DNA from: an uncultured Nitrosomonadales bacterium
Lineage (GTDB): Bacteria; Pseudomonadota; Gammaproteobacteria; Burkholderiales; Gallionellaceae
Assembly: GCA_903892645.1 (NCBI GenBank)
Contig: CAITJF010000152.1
Coordinates: forward strand, 2,205 to 66,204
Direction of reading: 5' to 3'
DNA: 64,000 nucleotides
Within the stretch, counting starts at the first letter, position 1. Every line of letters starts with the position of its first letter. Below are positions 1 to 10,374 of this stretch, one piece after another. The notes below the pieces were generated by a model. That model saw only the letters and a list, made by a program, of their open reading frames with translations, made no database searches and was not told the origin of the DNA. Made by a program: the position numbers and the translations under genes.

Positions 1-2404
1 TGGGGTTTTTCTGTGCATAGCCGCGCAGGTGGATGCCTTGGCGCAGATGATCCAGCGCCGCCAGGTGTTCGCGCCAGTGCGTGTCCAGGCTTTGCAGCAT
101 GACGATACGTTCGTACTGATGCATCGCCTCTGCACCCACCTGCGCCACCTTGGCCTGGTACTGCTGTTGCGCGGCCTGCGCTACACGCAGGCGCAAGCCA
201 TTTTCGTCCAGTTGCTTATCCTGTTCCAGCCACTGCGCCAGCGGCAAGCCCAACTGGAATTCAGCAGCCAGTACTTTCTCCAGTGATGGCACATCCCACT
301 GCTCTTCCATGCTCTGTGGAACAATGTATTCGCTGATGGTGCTGTTCAACACATCTTCGCGCATTGCCGCAATGGTCTCGGAAATATCCGCACTTTCCAG
401 CAGCTCATTGCGTTGCTGGTAAATCACCTTGCGCTGGTCGTTGGCGACGTCATCGTACTCGAGAATCTGCTTGCGCATGTCGAAGTTGCGCGCCTCAACC
501 TTGCGCTGTGCATTTTCGATGGCGCGCGTCACCCACGGATGCTCGATCGCCTCGCCTTCCGGCAACTTGAATTTATTCATGATCGCCGTCACGCGGTCAG
601 AGGCGAAAATACGCAACAGCGGGTCTTCCAGTGACAGGTAGAAGCGGCTGGAGCCAGGGTCGCCTTGGCGCCCGGACCGTCCGCGCAACTGGTTGTCCAC
701 CCGGCGCGATTCATGCCGTTCGGTGCCGATGATATGCAAACCACCGCTCGCCAATACCTGCTCGTGTACTGGCCGCCATTCGGCGCGCAATTGCTCGATG
801 CGCTGGTTGCGCGTGGCGTGATCCAGGCTCTCGTCCATGCGCAGCAGTTCAATGGGTTTTTCCACGTTGCCGCCCAGCACAATGTCGGTGCCGCGGCCGG
901 CCATGTTGGTGGCAATAGTAACCATTTTGGGGCGCCCCGCCTGTGCCACAATCTCGGCTTCGCGCGCATGCTGCTTGGCATTCAGCACCTGATGCGGCAG
1001 CTTCTCTTTTTCCAGCAGTTGCGACAACAGTTCCGATGTTTCAATCGAGGTCGTGCCGACCAGCACCGGCTGGCCGCGCTGGTAGCAATCCTGAATATCC
1101 GCTATTACCGCCGTGTATTTTTCGCGCAGGGTCAGGTAGACCTTGTCCATCATGTCGCGGCGTATGGTGGGAAGGTGCGGCGGGATGATCACGGTTTCCA
1201 GATTGTAAATCTGCTGGAACTCATAGGCTTCGGTATCCGCAGTGCCGGTCATGCCTGCCAGCTTGTTGTACATGCGGAAATAATTCTGGAATGTGATGGA
1301 CGCGAGTGTCTGGTTCTCCTTCTGGATAGGCACCCCTTCCTTGGCTTCCACCGCCTGATGCAGGCCATCCGACCAGCGCCGCCCGGCCATCATCCGTCCG
1401 GTGAATTCGTCCACAATGATTACCTCGCCGTCCTGTACCACATAATGCTGGTCGCAGTGATACAGCGCATGCGCGCGCAACGCGGCATACAGGTGATGAA
1501 CCAGCGTGATGTTGGCTGGGTCATACAGGCTGCCGCCTGCCGGTAGCAGCCCGCTTTGGGCCAGTAGCTGCTCGGCGTTTTCGTGCCCGGCCTCTGTCAG
1601 CAGGATCTGGCGGTTCTTCTCATCCACACTGTAATCACCGGGCCCGTCTTCAGCCTGCTGGCGGGTAAGCTGGGGTACCAGCTTGTTCATGCGCACATAG
1701 ACATCCACATTGTCTTCTGCCTGGCCGGAAATAATCAGCGGGGTGCGCGCCTCGTCGATCAGGATGGAGTCCACCTCGTCCACAATGGCGTAATTCAGCT
1801 TGCGCTGGAAGCGCTCGCTGGCGTGGGTCGCCATGTTGTCGCGCAGATAGTCAAAACCAAATTCGTTGTTGGTGCCGTAAGTGATGTCGGCAGCATAGGC
1901 AGTTTGCTTATCGGCATGATCCATCTGTGACAGGATGACGCCAACTGAAAGGCCGAGGAAGCGATACAACCGCCCCATCCATTCGGCATCGCGGCCGGCC
2001 AGGTAATCGTTCACCGTCACCACATGCACGCCTTGGCCGGACAGCGCATTGAGATACGCGGACAGGGTCGCCATCAGGGTCTTGCCCTCGCCGGTGCGCA
2101 TTTCTGCAATCTTGCCGTAATGCAGCACCATGCCGCCGATCATCTGTTCATCGAAGTGGCGCATCTGCAATACGCGCTGGCTGGCTTCGCGCACCACGGC
2201 AAAAGCTTCCGGCAGCAATGCATCCAGTGATTCGCCTTGGGCAGCGCGCTGTTTGAAAGCGTCGGTTTTATGGCGCAATTCATCATCCGACAGCTTTGCC
2301 ATTTCAGCTTCGAGTGCGTTAATTGCCAGCACGGTCTGGCGGTATTGTTTGAGCAGGCGGTCGTTGCGGCTACCGAAAATACTTTTCAGCAAATTGGAAA
2401 TCAT
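1..2404 (-). CDS. secA: Preprotein translocase ATPase SecA (first ~800 codons; 3' end lies beyond window start)
   Basis: Reverse complement of 2342-2404 reads [21 protein letters not shown]. In-frame Walker [10 protein letters not shown] is encoded by rc of 2078-2104 (codons 101-109). The frame has no stop inside the window, so it is absent from the ORF track. The listed + ORFs here are antisense artefacts. Confidence 0.9.
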   Translation of the reverse strand, partial: MISNLLKSIFGSRNDRLLKQYRQTVLAINALEAEMAKLSDDELRHKTDAFKQRAAQGESLDALLPEAFAVVREASQRVLQMRHFDEQMIGGMVLHYGKIAEMRTGEGKTLMATLSAYLNALSGQGVHVVTVNDYLAGRDAEWMGRLYRFLGLSVGVILSQMDHADKQTAYAADITYGTNNEFGFDYLRDNMATHASERFQRKLNYAIVDEVDSILIDEARTPLIISGQAEDNVDVYVRMNKLVPQLTRQQAEDGPGDYSVDEKNRQILLTEAGHENAEQLLAQSGLLPAGGSLYDPANITLVHHLYAALRAHALYHCDQHYVVQDGEVIIVDEFTGRMMAGRRWSDGLHQAVEAKEGVPIQKENQTLASITFQNYFRMYNKLAGMTGTADTEAYEFQQIYNLETVIIPPHLPTIRRDMMDKVYLTLREKYTAVIADIQDCYQRGQPVLVGTTSIETSELLSQLLEKEKLPHQVLNAKQHAREAEIVAQAGRPKMVTIATNMAGRGTDIVLGGNVEKPIELLRMDESLDHATRNQRIEQLRAEWRPVHEQVLASGGLHIIGTERHESRRVDNQLRGRSGRQGDPGSSRFYLSLEDPLLRIFASDRVTAIMNKFKLPEGEAIEHPWVTRAIENAQRKVEARNFDMRKQILEYDDVANDQRKVIYQQRNELLESADISETIAAMREDVLNSTISEYIVPQSMEEQWDVPSLEKVLAAEFQLGLPLAQWLEQDKQLDENGLRLRVAQAAQQQYQAKVAQVGAEAMHQYERIVMLQSLDTHWREHLAALDHLRQGIHLRGYAQKNP

Positions 2405-2449
2405 CTTTTAATTCTTCTTTAATTTTAATTCAGGGTCACAAAAATCTTG

Positions 2450-2492
2450 GTCACAAAAAACGAAAAGGGTGAGGCAGCCACACCTCACCCTT
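2450..2492 (-). terminator. Rho-independent terminator downstream of the M23 peptidase gene
   Basis: Perfect 10-bp stem AAGGGTGAGG (2465-2474) / CCTCACCCTT (2483-2492) with an 8-nt loop. On the minus strand it is followed by a T-rich run (TTTTCGTTTTTTGTG). Confidence 0.6.
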
Positions 2493-2510
2493 GCACAAAG
2501 CCGGCACCTA

Positions 2511-3431
2511 TCAACCTGCGGCGCTTTGCAGGAAACGCGTGGGATTCTGGGCGATGCCCTTGTATCTCACTTCAAAGTGCAGGTGATTGCCGGTAGAGCG
2601 GCCTGTGTTACCCACCTTGGCAATCTCCTGTCCGCGCCGCACTATCTGCCCGACTTTGACCAGCAATCTGGAAGCATGCGCATAACGCGTAACAATGTCA
2701 TTGCCGTGATCTATCTCAACCATATTACCATATTGCGGATGGTAGTCTGAATACACCACAATACCGCCGGCCGAAGCCAGAATGGGCGAACCCTCCGGCA
2801 CCATAAAATCCACCCCCTCGTGCATCGCGTTCTTGCCGGTAAAAGGGTCGAAGCGCCAGCCGAAATTAGAGGAATGCCAGCCGTCCCTGGTCGGTGGCAC
2901 AGAGGGGAACTGTTTCTTCTCCAGGCTGGACTGCATCAGCAGTGTTTCCAGCGCCATCAGCTTGTCATTGCGGTCATTCAGCAGCACCGACAGGCTGGCT
3001 AATTGCTGATTCATGCCGGACAAGGAAACATCTTGCTGCATGGCAGGTATATAAGGGCCGCCTTGCGCGGGCGGCTGGTCGAAGTTAAACTCCTGCGGTT
3101 TTATTCCGCCCAGTTTGGCCAAGCGGGCACCGAGCGCGTCCAAACGTAATAACTGGGCCTGCATCTGACCCATGCGGCCAGCCATGGTATCCAAACCTTC
3201 ACGCAAATAGGATTGCTGCTTCTGCTGGCCCTCAGCCTGTACGCTGGCTAACCAAGCGCGCATCTCGGTGCTCATGGCATCCGGGTGGAAGCGGATGAGG
3301 GTGTACTGCACCGCAAATACGGCCGCCAACAACAAGCCCATCGCCAACAATGCCACCAGCAGCAAGTGTGTGCCATTCAGCGTAATACTGCGAACTTTTG
3401 CAAAACGACTGGAAACCAGAATAATATTCAT
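2511..3431 (-). CDS. M23 (LytM-type) metallopeptidase with N-terminal membrane anchor
   Basis: 306-aa ORF. It has an N-terminal hydrophobic helix and the C-terminal M23 motifs HEGVDF and GNTGRSTGNHLHFEV. Confidence 0.85.
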   Translation of the reverse strand: MNIILVSSRFAKVRSITLNGTHLLLVALLAMGLLLAAVFAVQYTLIRFHPDAMSTEMRAWLASVQAEGQQKQQSYLREGLDTMAGRMGQMQAQLLRLDALGARLAKLGGIKPQEFNFDQPPAQGGPYIPAMQQDVSLSGMNQQLASLSVLLNDRNDKLMALETLLMQSSLEKKQFPSVPPTRDGWHSSNFGWRFDPFTGKNAMHEGVDFMVPEGSPILASAGGIVVYSDYHPQYGNMVEIDHGNDIVTRYAHASRLLVKVGQIVRRGQEIAKVGNTGRSTGNHLHFEVRYKGIAQNPTRFLQSAAG

Positions 3432-3459
3432 GTTCCACCTTCAGTATTAATTTGATCAA

Positions 3460-3885
3460 GTGTCAAAACGTTTGAACTCTTACTTCAGCGTCAGCCAGGA
3501 ACTGCGCCAATTATCCCGCAAGGCAGCGCAACTTGTTGCGTTGCAGCGGCATTATGAACGGCTGGCTCCCCCCTCACTGATGCGCGCCAGCCGTGTGCTG
3601 CAACTTGATCGGCAGACTCTGACGCTTGCCGCAGACAACAGCGCGGTAGCCGCAAAGCTGCGCCAGCTTGCCCCGGAACTGGCCAGCCTGTTCCAAGGCG
3701 CGGGGTGCGAGGTTACTGGAATTCAGGTGAAGGTGCAAGTTGCCAGGCCGCCCGTCATATACACGCCCATCCCCGCCTTGCTGAGCGCTACGGGACGGCA
3801 GCGACTGATTGATTTGGCTGATAAATTGCCTGATTCACCGTTGAAAAATGCATTGCAACGTCTTGCCAGAAAAAGTAATGGCTAA
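3460..3885 (+). CDS. DUF721/DciA-like protein
   Basis: 141-aa ORF. Its position between secA and lpxC and its basic helical sequence resemble DUF721 (DciA) proteins common at this locus in beta/gamma-proteobacteria. The family call is from recall only. Confidence 0.6.
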   Translation: MSKRLNSYFSVSQELRQLSRKAAQLVALQRHYERLAPPSLMRASRVLQLDRQTLTLAADNSAVAAKLRQLAPELASLFQGAGCEVTGIQVKVQVARPPVIYTPIPALLSATGRQRLIDLADKLPDSPLKNALQRLARKSNG

Positions 3886-3893
3886 GGGTGCGT

Positions 3894-4094
3894 CTAAACG
3901 AGGATACGCCAGCCGATCAGGACATAGCGTTCCAGCACGAACAGCGCGGCAAACACCAGAAGCGCAAAAGCTACGAAGCGCACTATCTGCCAAGCCAGAT
4001 TGATATAGCGGCGGTTGCGGGTGAATACATACATTCCGCCGGCCAAAATAATGGAGAGGGCAGACAGGATGAGCAACAGGCGCAAGATGAGCAT
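3894..4094 (-). CDS. Small two-helix membrane protein (hypothetical)
   Basis: 66-aa ORF with two clear hydrophobic segments (LLILSALSIILAGGMYVF, FVAFALLVFAALFVL). No family recognised. Confidence 0.4.
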   Translation of the reverse strand: MLILRLLLILSALSIILAGGMYVFTRNRRYINLAWQIVRFVAFALLVFAALFVLERYVLIGWRILV

Positions 4095-4132
4095 GGCGTT
4101 TCTCCTTGCGGGAGCGGAATGGGGGGTGTGAG

Positions 4133-5044
4133 TTAAGCAGCCTGCAATTGCAAACGCAGGAATGCTGGCGCTTCCTCAGCCCTGCCGAAAGTAACGAACT
4201 CCCACGCCTGCTCGTCAGCCAGCAGGGCGCGCAACAGGACATTGTTGAGCGCATGACCAGATTTGTAACCGGAAAACGCACCGATCAGCGGATGGCCAAG
4301 CAGGTATAAATCGCCGATGGCATCCAGCACCTTGTGCTTGACGAACTCATCCTCGAAGCGCAAGCCGTCCGGGTTGATGACACGGTACTCGTCCATCACG
4401 ATGGCATTGTCCAGATTGCCGCCCAGTGCCAGTCCTTGTGCGCGCATGGCCTCGACATCCTGCATAAAACCAAAGGTACGGGCGCGGCTTACTTCCCTGA
4501 TGTAAGAATGTTCGCCCAGATCCACCGTTACATTCTGCTTGGTGGTGGCAAATACCGGATGGGCAAAGTCGATGGTAAAGTCCAATTTGAAGCCGTTGAA
4601 CGGCTCGAAGCGCACCCACTTGTCGCTATCCTTGACCTCTACGGTTTTTTTGATGCGGATAAATTTCTTTGCGGCGGACTGCTCAACAATGCCTGCGGAT
4701 TGCAGCAGGAAAATGAACGTCCCCGCGCTGCCGTCCATAATGGGAACTTCCGCGCTGCTCAAGTCAACAAAGGCGTTATCCACGCCCAGCCCGGCAAAGG
4801 CGGACATCAAATGCTCGATGGTGGCCACACGCGCACCGCTTGCTTCCAGGCAAGTGGACAGGCGGGTATCGTGCACCGCATGCGTTTCGGCACGTATCTC
4901 CACCACCGGGACGAGATCCACGCGGCGGAACACGATGCCGCTGTTGGCGGGTGCGGGGCGCAGGGTCAGGTCAACCCTCTCGCCGGTATGCAGCCCGACC
5001 CCGGTCGCGTGTACCGGATTTTTCAGTGTGCGTTGCTTAACCAT
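4133..5044 (-). CDS. lpxC: UDP-3-O-acyl-N-acetylglucosamine deacetylase
   Basis: 303 aa. Typical LpxC N-terminus [24 protein letters not shown] and the [10 protein letters not shown] block. Canonical position next to ftsZ. Confidence 0.95.
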   Translation of the reverse strand: MVKQRTLKNPVHATGVGLHTGERVDLTLRPAPANSGIVFRRVDLVPVVEIRAETHAVHDTRLSTCLEASGARVATIEHLMSAFAGLGVDNAFVDLSSAEVPIMDGSAGTFIFLLQSAGIVEQSAAKKFIRIKKTVEVKDSDKWVRFEPFNGFKLDFTIDFAHPVFATTKQNVTVDLGEHSYIREVSRARTFGFMQDVEAMRAQGLALGGNLDNAIVMDEYRVINPDGLRFEDEFVKHKVLDAIGDLYLLGHPLIGAFSGYKSGHALNNVLLRALLADEQAWEFVTFGRAEEAPAFLRLQLQAA

Positions 5045-5126
5045 GTTGCATCAAGTCCAATCAATCAAGCGCGCAGTTTAACATGGCCGCAACACGCGGC
5101 CCAAAATACGCCAACCCGGCAATATG

Positions 5127-6284
5127 TTAATCTGCCTGTTTGCGCAGGAAGGATGGGATATCCAGCGTATCAATACCGGACTGTTTCATCGCCTCGACCG
5201 CTTCACGGTGGCGTCCGCTACGCATCACGGTCGGTTTTTCAAGCTCGTTGTAATTGACGGCGGATATCGGCTCGTCGTGCGTACCGGTACGCTCCCAGGA
5301 TACCAGCTCAGGCTTGGGTTGTTTGCTCTTCACCGGTGAACCCAGACCCGTCGCCACGATGGTTACGCGCAGTTCGTCGCCCATGCTCTCATCGAACACC
5401 GAACCGACTATCACGGTGGCATCCTCAATGGCGAACTGCACGCTGTTGGTCACTTCCCTGTATTCCCTCAGCGTGAGGCTGCAATTGGAACTGATGTTTA
5501 CCAGCACGCCGCGCGCGCCGGCCAGATCCACGTCTTCCAGCAACGGGCTGGACATGGCGCGCTCTGCCGCAAGTTTGGCGCGATCCGGCCCGGAAGCAGT
5601 GGCTGAACCCATCATCGCCATACCGTTTTCCGACATCAGGGTGCATACGTCGGCAAAGTCCACATTCACCAAGCCGGGCACATTGATTACTTCGGCAATA
5701 CCCGCCACCGCGCCCTGCAATACACCGTTGGAGGAACGGAACGCGTCCAGCAGGGTGGTGTCTTCCCCCAGCACAGTCATCAGCTTTTCGTTCGGTACGA
5801 TGATTAGCGAATCCACATATTGGCTTAACGCTTCGATGCCCTCTTGTGCCAAGCGCATGCGCTTGCCTTCGTGGGCAAATGGCTTGGTCACCACGGCCAC
5901 GGTGAGTATATCCATTTCCCTGGCTACCTGAGCCACCACGGGTGCCGCGCCGGTACCAGTGCCGCCGCCCATGCCGGCAGTGATAAACACCATGTTTGCA
6001 CCTCTGATCAATTCGGCAATGCGCTCACGGTCTTCCTCGGCAGCGGCCCGCCCGACATCCGGAACCGCCCCGGCGCCCAATCCCTTGGTGATGTTGGCAC
6101 CGATCTGCAGCTGGGTGCGTGCCTTGTTGCGTTTGAGTGCTTGGGCATCGGTGTTGATGGCGATGAACTCCACGCCCTGCACCCCCTCCTGGATCATATG
6201 ATCCACCGCATTGCCGCCGCAGCCGCCCACACCAATTACTTTAATCACGGCATCCTGAAGTTGTGCATCCATAATTTCGAACAT
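5127..6284 (-). CDS. ftsZ: Cell division GTPase FtsZ
   Basis: 385 aa. VIGVGGCGGNAV and the tubulin signature GMGGGTGTGAAP are present. Confidence 0.97.
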   Translation of the reverse strand: MFEIMDAQLQDAVIKVIGVGGCGGNAVDHMIQEGVQGVEFIAINTDAQALKRNKARTQLQIGANITKGLGAGAVPDVGRAAAEEDRERIAELIRGANMVFITAGMGGGTGTGAAPVVAQVAREMDILTVAVVTKPFAHEGKRMRLAQEGIEALSQYVDSLIIVPNEKLMTVLGEDTTLLDAFRSSNGVLQGAVAGIAEVINVPGLVNVDFADVCTLMSENGMAMMGSATASGPDRAKLAAERAMSSPLLEDVDLAGARGVLVNISSNCSLTLREYREVTNSVQFAIEDATVIVGSVFDESMGDELRVTIVATGLGSPVKSKQPKPELVSWERTGTHDEPISAVNYNELEKPTVMRSGRHREAVEAMKQSGIDTLDIPSFLRKQAD

Positions 6285-6374
6285 TATTTTTCCCCCGGTT
6301 AATTATAAAACTGAAACATCCAATAAACCACTTAAAATTGCCTGCCAAAAAACAATACGTTAAAAGTAAACCCG

Positions 6375-7610
6375 CTAAAAATTACTCTGGACCCATGCTT
6401 TCATCCTGTCCAGCACATCGCTGAACGAGCTGGAGTGTAGGCGCGCCACTCGGTGGCGATGATGTTGCTCCAGTCCGTAAAGCAGCAAGCCGACCCCGGT
6501 GGAAAAGCGCGGCGTCTTCACCACATCAGACAAGCCACCCACGTAATGCGGCAGCCCCAAACGCACCGGCATATGGAATATCTCTTCGCCCAGCTCCACC
6601 ATGCCTTGCATGGCGCTACTGCCGCCGGTGATCACGATGCCGGAGGACAGCAAGTCCTCGAAGCCGCTGCGGCGCAACTCGGCCTGCACCAGCGAATACA
6701 ATTCTTCCACGCGCGGCTCGATGACTTCCGCCAGTGTCTGGCGCGACAACATGCGCGCTCCGCGTTCGCCCACGCCCGGCACCTCGATAGGTCCATCGTC
6801 GGCAAGCTGGCGCAAGGCGCAGCCATATTTGATCTTGATATCCTCAGCGTCCTTGGTCGGGGTGCGCAGGGCCATCGCAATATCGTTGGTGATCTGGTCG
6901 CCCGCAATGGGAATCACTGCGGTATGGCGGATTGCGCCGCCGGTGAAAATTGCCACATCGGTGGTGCCGCCGCCGATGTCCACCAGGCATACCCCCAGGT
7001 CTTTCTCGTCGTCCGCCAGTACCGCCTTGCTCGATGCCAGCGGCTGCAAGATCATCTCGCGCACTTCCAGCCCGCAACGGTGCACGCACTTCATGATGTT
7101 TTGCGCCGCCGCCACCGCGCCGGTGACAATATGCACCTCGACTTCCATCTTCATGCCGCTCATGCCGAGCGGCTTCTTGATGCCCTCCTGCCCGTCAATG
7201 CTGAATTCCTGTTCCAGGATATGCAGGATTTGCTGGTCGCCCGGCAGGCTGATTGACCTGGCGGTTTCTATCACGCGGTCAATGTCGGCCTGTGCCACCT
7301 CCTTGTCCTTGATCTTGACCATGCCATTGGCGTTCTGGCTTTTGATGTGACTGCCTGCAATGCCGGTGTACACCTCGCGTATCTTGCAGTCGGCCATCAA
7401 TTCGGCATCACCCAGTGCGCGCTGGATTGCAGCCACTGTCGCGTCGATGTTGACCACCATGCCTTTCTTCATGCCGGATGATTCATGCATCCCCACGCCG
7501 ATTACTTCCAGCGTGCCTTCCGGCTTGATCTCGCCGACGATGGTGACTATCTTGGAAGTGCCTATATCCAGGCCGACGATCAAGTTTTTGGTTTCCCTGT
7601 TTTTGCTCAT
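6375..7610 (-). CDS. ftsA: Cell division protein FtsA
   Basis: The ORF track gives 6375..7640. The likely start is the internal Met (MSKNRETKNLIVGLDIGTSKI) at 7610. It has an actin-like ATPase fold motif and lies between ftsQ and ftsZ. Confidence 0.93.
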   Translation of the reverse strand: MSKNRETKNLIVGLDIGTSKIVTIVGEIKPEGTLEVIGVGMHESSGMKKGMVVNIDATVAAIQRALGDAELMADCKIREVYTGIAGSHIKSQNANGMVKIKDKEVAQADIDRVIETARSISLPGDQQILHILEQEFSIDGQEGIKKPLGMSGMKMEVEVHIVTGAVAAAQNIMKCVHRCGLEVREMILQPLASSKAVLADDEKDLGVCLVDIGGGTTDVAIFTGGAIRHTAVIPIAGDQITNDIAMALRTPTKDAEDIKIKYGCALRQLADDGPIEVPGVGERGARMLSRQTLAEVIEPRVEELYSLVQAELRRSGFEDLLSSGIVITGGSSAMQGMVELGEEIFHMPVRLGLPHYVGGLSDVVKTPRFSTGVGLLLYGLEQHHRHRVARLHSSSFSDVLDRMKAWVQSNF

Positions 7611-7641
7611 TGCATTTCTCCGATGCCACAACCCAATCAAA

Positions 7642-8475
7642 TCAACCCTGCTTCCTTTTTTCTGCTGTGTAACCCGGCAAATATGCCGCGAAGCCGTTTT
7701 GATACCGCAAATCCACGTAATTCACCGTGCGCTGCATGGAAGCCAGGCTGTACGGATACACCGCCACGAAGCGCCCCAAGCGCTGCTGTGACTGCTCGTG
7801 TCCCAACTCCAGCACCATGCCGTTGTTCAGGCGTAACTGCCAGGCATGGCGCGGCGACAGGCTGACCTGCACAATCCCCTGCTTGAGTGGCGCAAGCTGC
7901 TCGCCGAATGCGCTATATATCTGCGCCATTTCGGCAGCGGTACCGGGCTGGCCGATGAATTTCGGCAACACCTGATTCGTTTCCCCGCAAGGGGGAGGCC
8001 GATGGATACCCGATGCCCCCGCAAGGGGTGCTCCGCCGGGCACTCGGACTTCGTCCGGTCTTGGCGCAGCCTCCGGCATCACCCTCTCGCACTCTGCCGC
8101 AAACACTTCGCCGTGCGTGTTCACCAGCTCCGTGTCGTTCCAATGCGCCAACGCCAAGTGCTCTTCCAAACCCACCTCCAGCTGCCATGGGAAATGGCGC
8201 CGCACGCTTACCTTGCGTACCCAAGGTAATTTCTCAAAAGCATGCCGCGTCCTTTCCAGGTCGATGGTAAAAAAATTGCCGCGTAACTCATTGCGCACCA
8301 CCGCCTCGACCTGTGCGACATCCACCCGGTTCGGTGCGGTGCTTAACTGCACGGCACGTAGCGGGAACTCCTGCATATATAGTGCGTAGTGCAATGCACC
8401 ATACAACGCCAGTACAAGGCTGATGCCGAATAGCGCATTGGACAGTTGGCGCAATATGTCCGGTTTATCCCACAT
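7642..8475 (-). CDS. ftsQ: Cell division protein FtsQ (with an extra Pro/Gly/Arg-rich insert)
   Basis: The track ORF starts at a TTG inside a palindrome (8502). The probable start is ATG at 8475 (MWDKPDILRQ). It has a TM helix plus POTRA-like region and sits at the dcw position between ddl and ftsA. Confidence 0.85.
   Translation of the reverse strand: MWDKPDILRQLSNALFGISLVLALYGALHYALYMQEFPLRAVQLSTAPNRVDVAQVEAVVRNELRGNFFTIDLERTRHAFEKLPWVRKVSVRRHFPWQLEVGLEEHLALAHWNDTELVNTHGEVFAAECERVMPEAAPRPDEVRVPGGAPLAGASGIHRPPPCGETNQVLPKFIGQPGTAAEMAQIYSAFGEQLAPLKQGIVQVSLSPRHAWQLRLNNGMVLELGHEQSQQRLGRFVAVYPYSLASMQRTVNYVDLRYQNGFAAYLPGYTAEKRKQG
7983..8028. repeat. Two copies of the 12-nt mini-hairpin CCCCGCAAGGGG inside ftsQ
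   Basis: CCCC-GCAA-GGGG occurs at 7983-7994 and again at 8017-8028, a 34-bp offset. Both lie within the extra segment of ftsQ. Confidence 0.7.
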
Positions 8476-8485
8476 CGCCCTCTCC

Positions 8486-9442
8486 TCAACCCTCTCCCGC
8501 AAGCGGGAGAGGGGGCAAACATGAAGAGCTATTTCTAACTTCTGCCAGCTCCAGTATGCGCAACACCAGTTGTTCGAAGCTCATACCGGCCTGACGTGCC
8601 GCCATTGGCACCAGGCTGTGGTCAGTCATGCCGGGCGAGGTATTGATTTCCAGCAGATACGGTTTCCCCGCCTCGTCGACCAGAAAATCCACTCGCCCCC
8701 AGCCCGTGCCGCCTATCAGTGCGAAGCCCTGTTGCGCCAGTCGCTGCATTTCCGTTTCCTTTTCCGGCGCAAGCCCGCAGGGGCACAGGTAGCGTGTATC
8801 GTCGCGCAGGTATTTCGCCTCGTAGTCGTAAAACTCATTGGCCGGTTCGATTTTGATTACTGGCAATGTCTGATCGCCGAGAATGGCGACGGTGTATTCG
8901 CCGCCGCCGATGAACACCTCCGTAATCACCAGCTTGTCATGGCGTGCGGCTTCTTCATAAGCTGCGCGCAAATCACCCACCCGCTTCACTTTGCTGATGC
9001 CCACACTGGAGCCTTCGTTGGCCGGCTTGACGAATAGCGGCAATTCCAATCGTGCTGCGACGGCATCAAAATCGCTATTGGCCGTCAGCAATTCATATTC
9101 CGGGACGGGCAATCCAGCCGCTTGCCATACCAGCTTGCTGCGCCACTTATCCATGGCCAGCGCGCTGGCCAGCACGCCGCTGCCGGTATAAGGGATGCCC
9201 ATCAGTTCAAGCGCGCCCTGCACCGTGCCGTCCTCGCCGAAGCGCCCATGCAACGCGATGAAAACGCGCTGGTAGCCCTCGTCGAGCAAAGTGTGTAAAT
9301 CCTGCACGGCGGGATCAAAACCGTAGGCGTCGACGCCGCTCTTCCGCAAAGCGGCCAGCACCGCCGCGCCGCTCTTGAGCGACACCTCGCGCTCGGCAGA
9401 ACGCCCGCCGTACAACACCGCGACTTTGCCAAAATTCTTCAT
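8486..9442 (-). CDS. ddl: D-alanine--D-alanine ligase
   Basis: The likely start is [21 protein letters not shown] at 9442, immediately after the murB stop. It has an ATP-grasp body and the tail [16 protein letters not shown] followed by a 17-codon extension. Confidence 0.92.
   Translation of the reverse strand: MKNFGKVAVLYGGRSAEREVSLKSGAAVLAALRKSGVDAYGFDPAVQDLHTLLDEGYQRVFIALHGRFGEDGTVQGALELMGIPYTGSGVLASALAMDKWRSKLVWQAAGLPVPEYELLTANSDFDAVAARLELPLFVKPANEGSSVGISKVKRVGDLRAAYEEAARHDKLVITEVFIGGGEYTVAILGDQTLPVIKIEPANEFYDYEAKYLRDDTRYLCPCGLAPEKETEMQRLAQQGFALIGGTGWGRVDFLVDEAGKPYLLEINTSPGMTDHSLVPMAARQAGMSFEQLVLRILELAEVRNSSSCLPPLPLAGEG
8490..8513. repeat. 24-nt perfect palindrome at the ddl/ftsQ junction
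   Basis: CCCTCTCCCGC-AA-GCGGGAGAGGG. It is preceded by a direct repeat of CCCTCTCC (8478-8485). Confidence 0.8.
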
Positions 9443-10374
9443 ATTCCTTTCCCTTCGATCACTGGCGCTCCGATGATGCGCACTTCGCATTGCAGGCTCA
9501 CGCCGGTCTGGCGCTGCACCGCAGCCTGCACTTCATTGATCAACTTCTCGATGTCCGTTGCTGTGGCATCGCCTGTATTCACAATGAAATTGGCGTGTTT
9601 TTCCGACACTAGCGCCCCGCCGATCTGACGACCTTTCAGCCCACACTGCTCGATTAGCCTTGCCGCGTGGTCACCCGGCGGGTTGCGGAACACCGAACCG
9701 GCATTCGGCAAATTCAATGGCTGGCTAGCAATACGTTTGCCCAACAATGCCTTGATTCCTTCGCGCGCAATTTCGCCATCCCCGGAAGGCAAGCGCAGCC
9801 ACGCGGCAGTGAACCATTCCTCGCTTGCTTCACGCAGCGCCACATGGCGGTAGCCGATCTCGTATTCCTGCGGAGTGCGTTCCAGCAAATCCCCGCTACG
9901 TGTCATCACTTGCACCCGCGCCACCACATCCCATATTTCGCTGCCATAACAACCTGCATTCATCGCCAGCATTCCGCCCACCGTGCCGGGTATCCCGGCA
10001 AAAAATTCCGCGCCGCTCAAGTTATGTAGCGCCGCAAAGCGCGCCAGCTTTGCACCGGGTATGCCGGTTTGTGCGTATACCGTGCCGTCTGCCTCCAAAC
10101 GCAGTTCGTTCAAAGCGCCATGCAGCAACAGCGCCGTGCCGTGCAGGCCGCCGTCGCGCACCAGCAAATTGCTACCCAGGCCGATTGCCATCAGCGGCTC
10201 CCCAGCTGGCAGGATGCGCAGAAATGCCGCGAGGTCGGCCAGATCTGCCGGTTGATAAACGCGTTCTGCACGGCCACCCGCGCGCCAACTGGTGAGGCGG
10301 CGCATGTCCACATCGTGGCGTAGCGTTCCGCGTAAACCTGCAGCGATGAACTGTGTCGGCTCTGTCATATTCAT
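9439..10374 (-). CDS. murB: UDP-N-acetylenolpyruvoylglucosamine reductase
   Basis: 311 aa. FAD-binding MurB-like sequence ([16 protein letters not shown]). dcw position between murC and ddl. Confidence 0.92.
   Translation of the reverse strand: MNMTEPTQFIAAGLRGTLRHDVDMRRLTSWRAGGRAERVYQPADLADLAAFLRILPAGEPLMAIGLGSNLLVRDGGLHGTALLLHGALNELRLEADGTVYAQTGIPGAKLARFAALHNLSGAEFFAGIPGTVGGMLAMNAGCYGSEIWDVVARVQVMTRSGDLLERTPQEYEIGYRHVALREASEEWFTAAWLRLPSGDGEIAREGIKALLGKRIASQPLNLPNAGSVFRNPPGDHAARLIEQCGLKGRQIGGALVSEKHANFIVNTGDATATDIEKLINEVQAAVQRQTGVSLQCEVRIIGAPVIEGKGI

Noticed and set aside
29-2422. Series of + strand ORFs (e.g. 665..1546, 293 aa) covering the first 2.4 kb
   Set aside because: They are antisense to an unbroken minus-strand frame that reads as SecA (N-terminus and Walker A verified by hand). 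Their Arg/Ala/His-rich, low-complexity translations are typical of GC-rich antisense frames.
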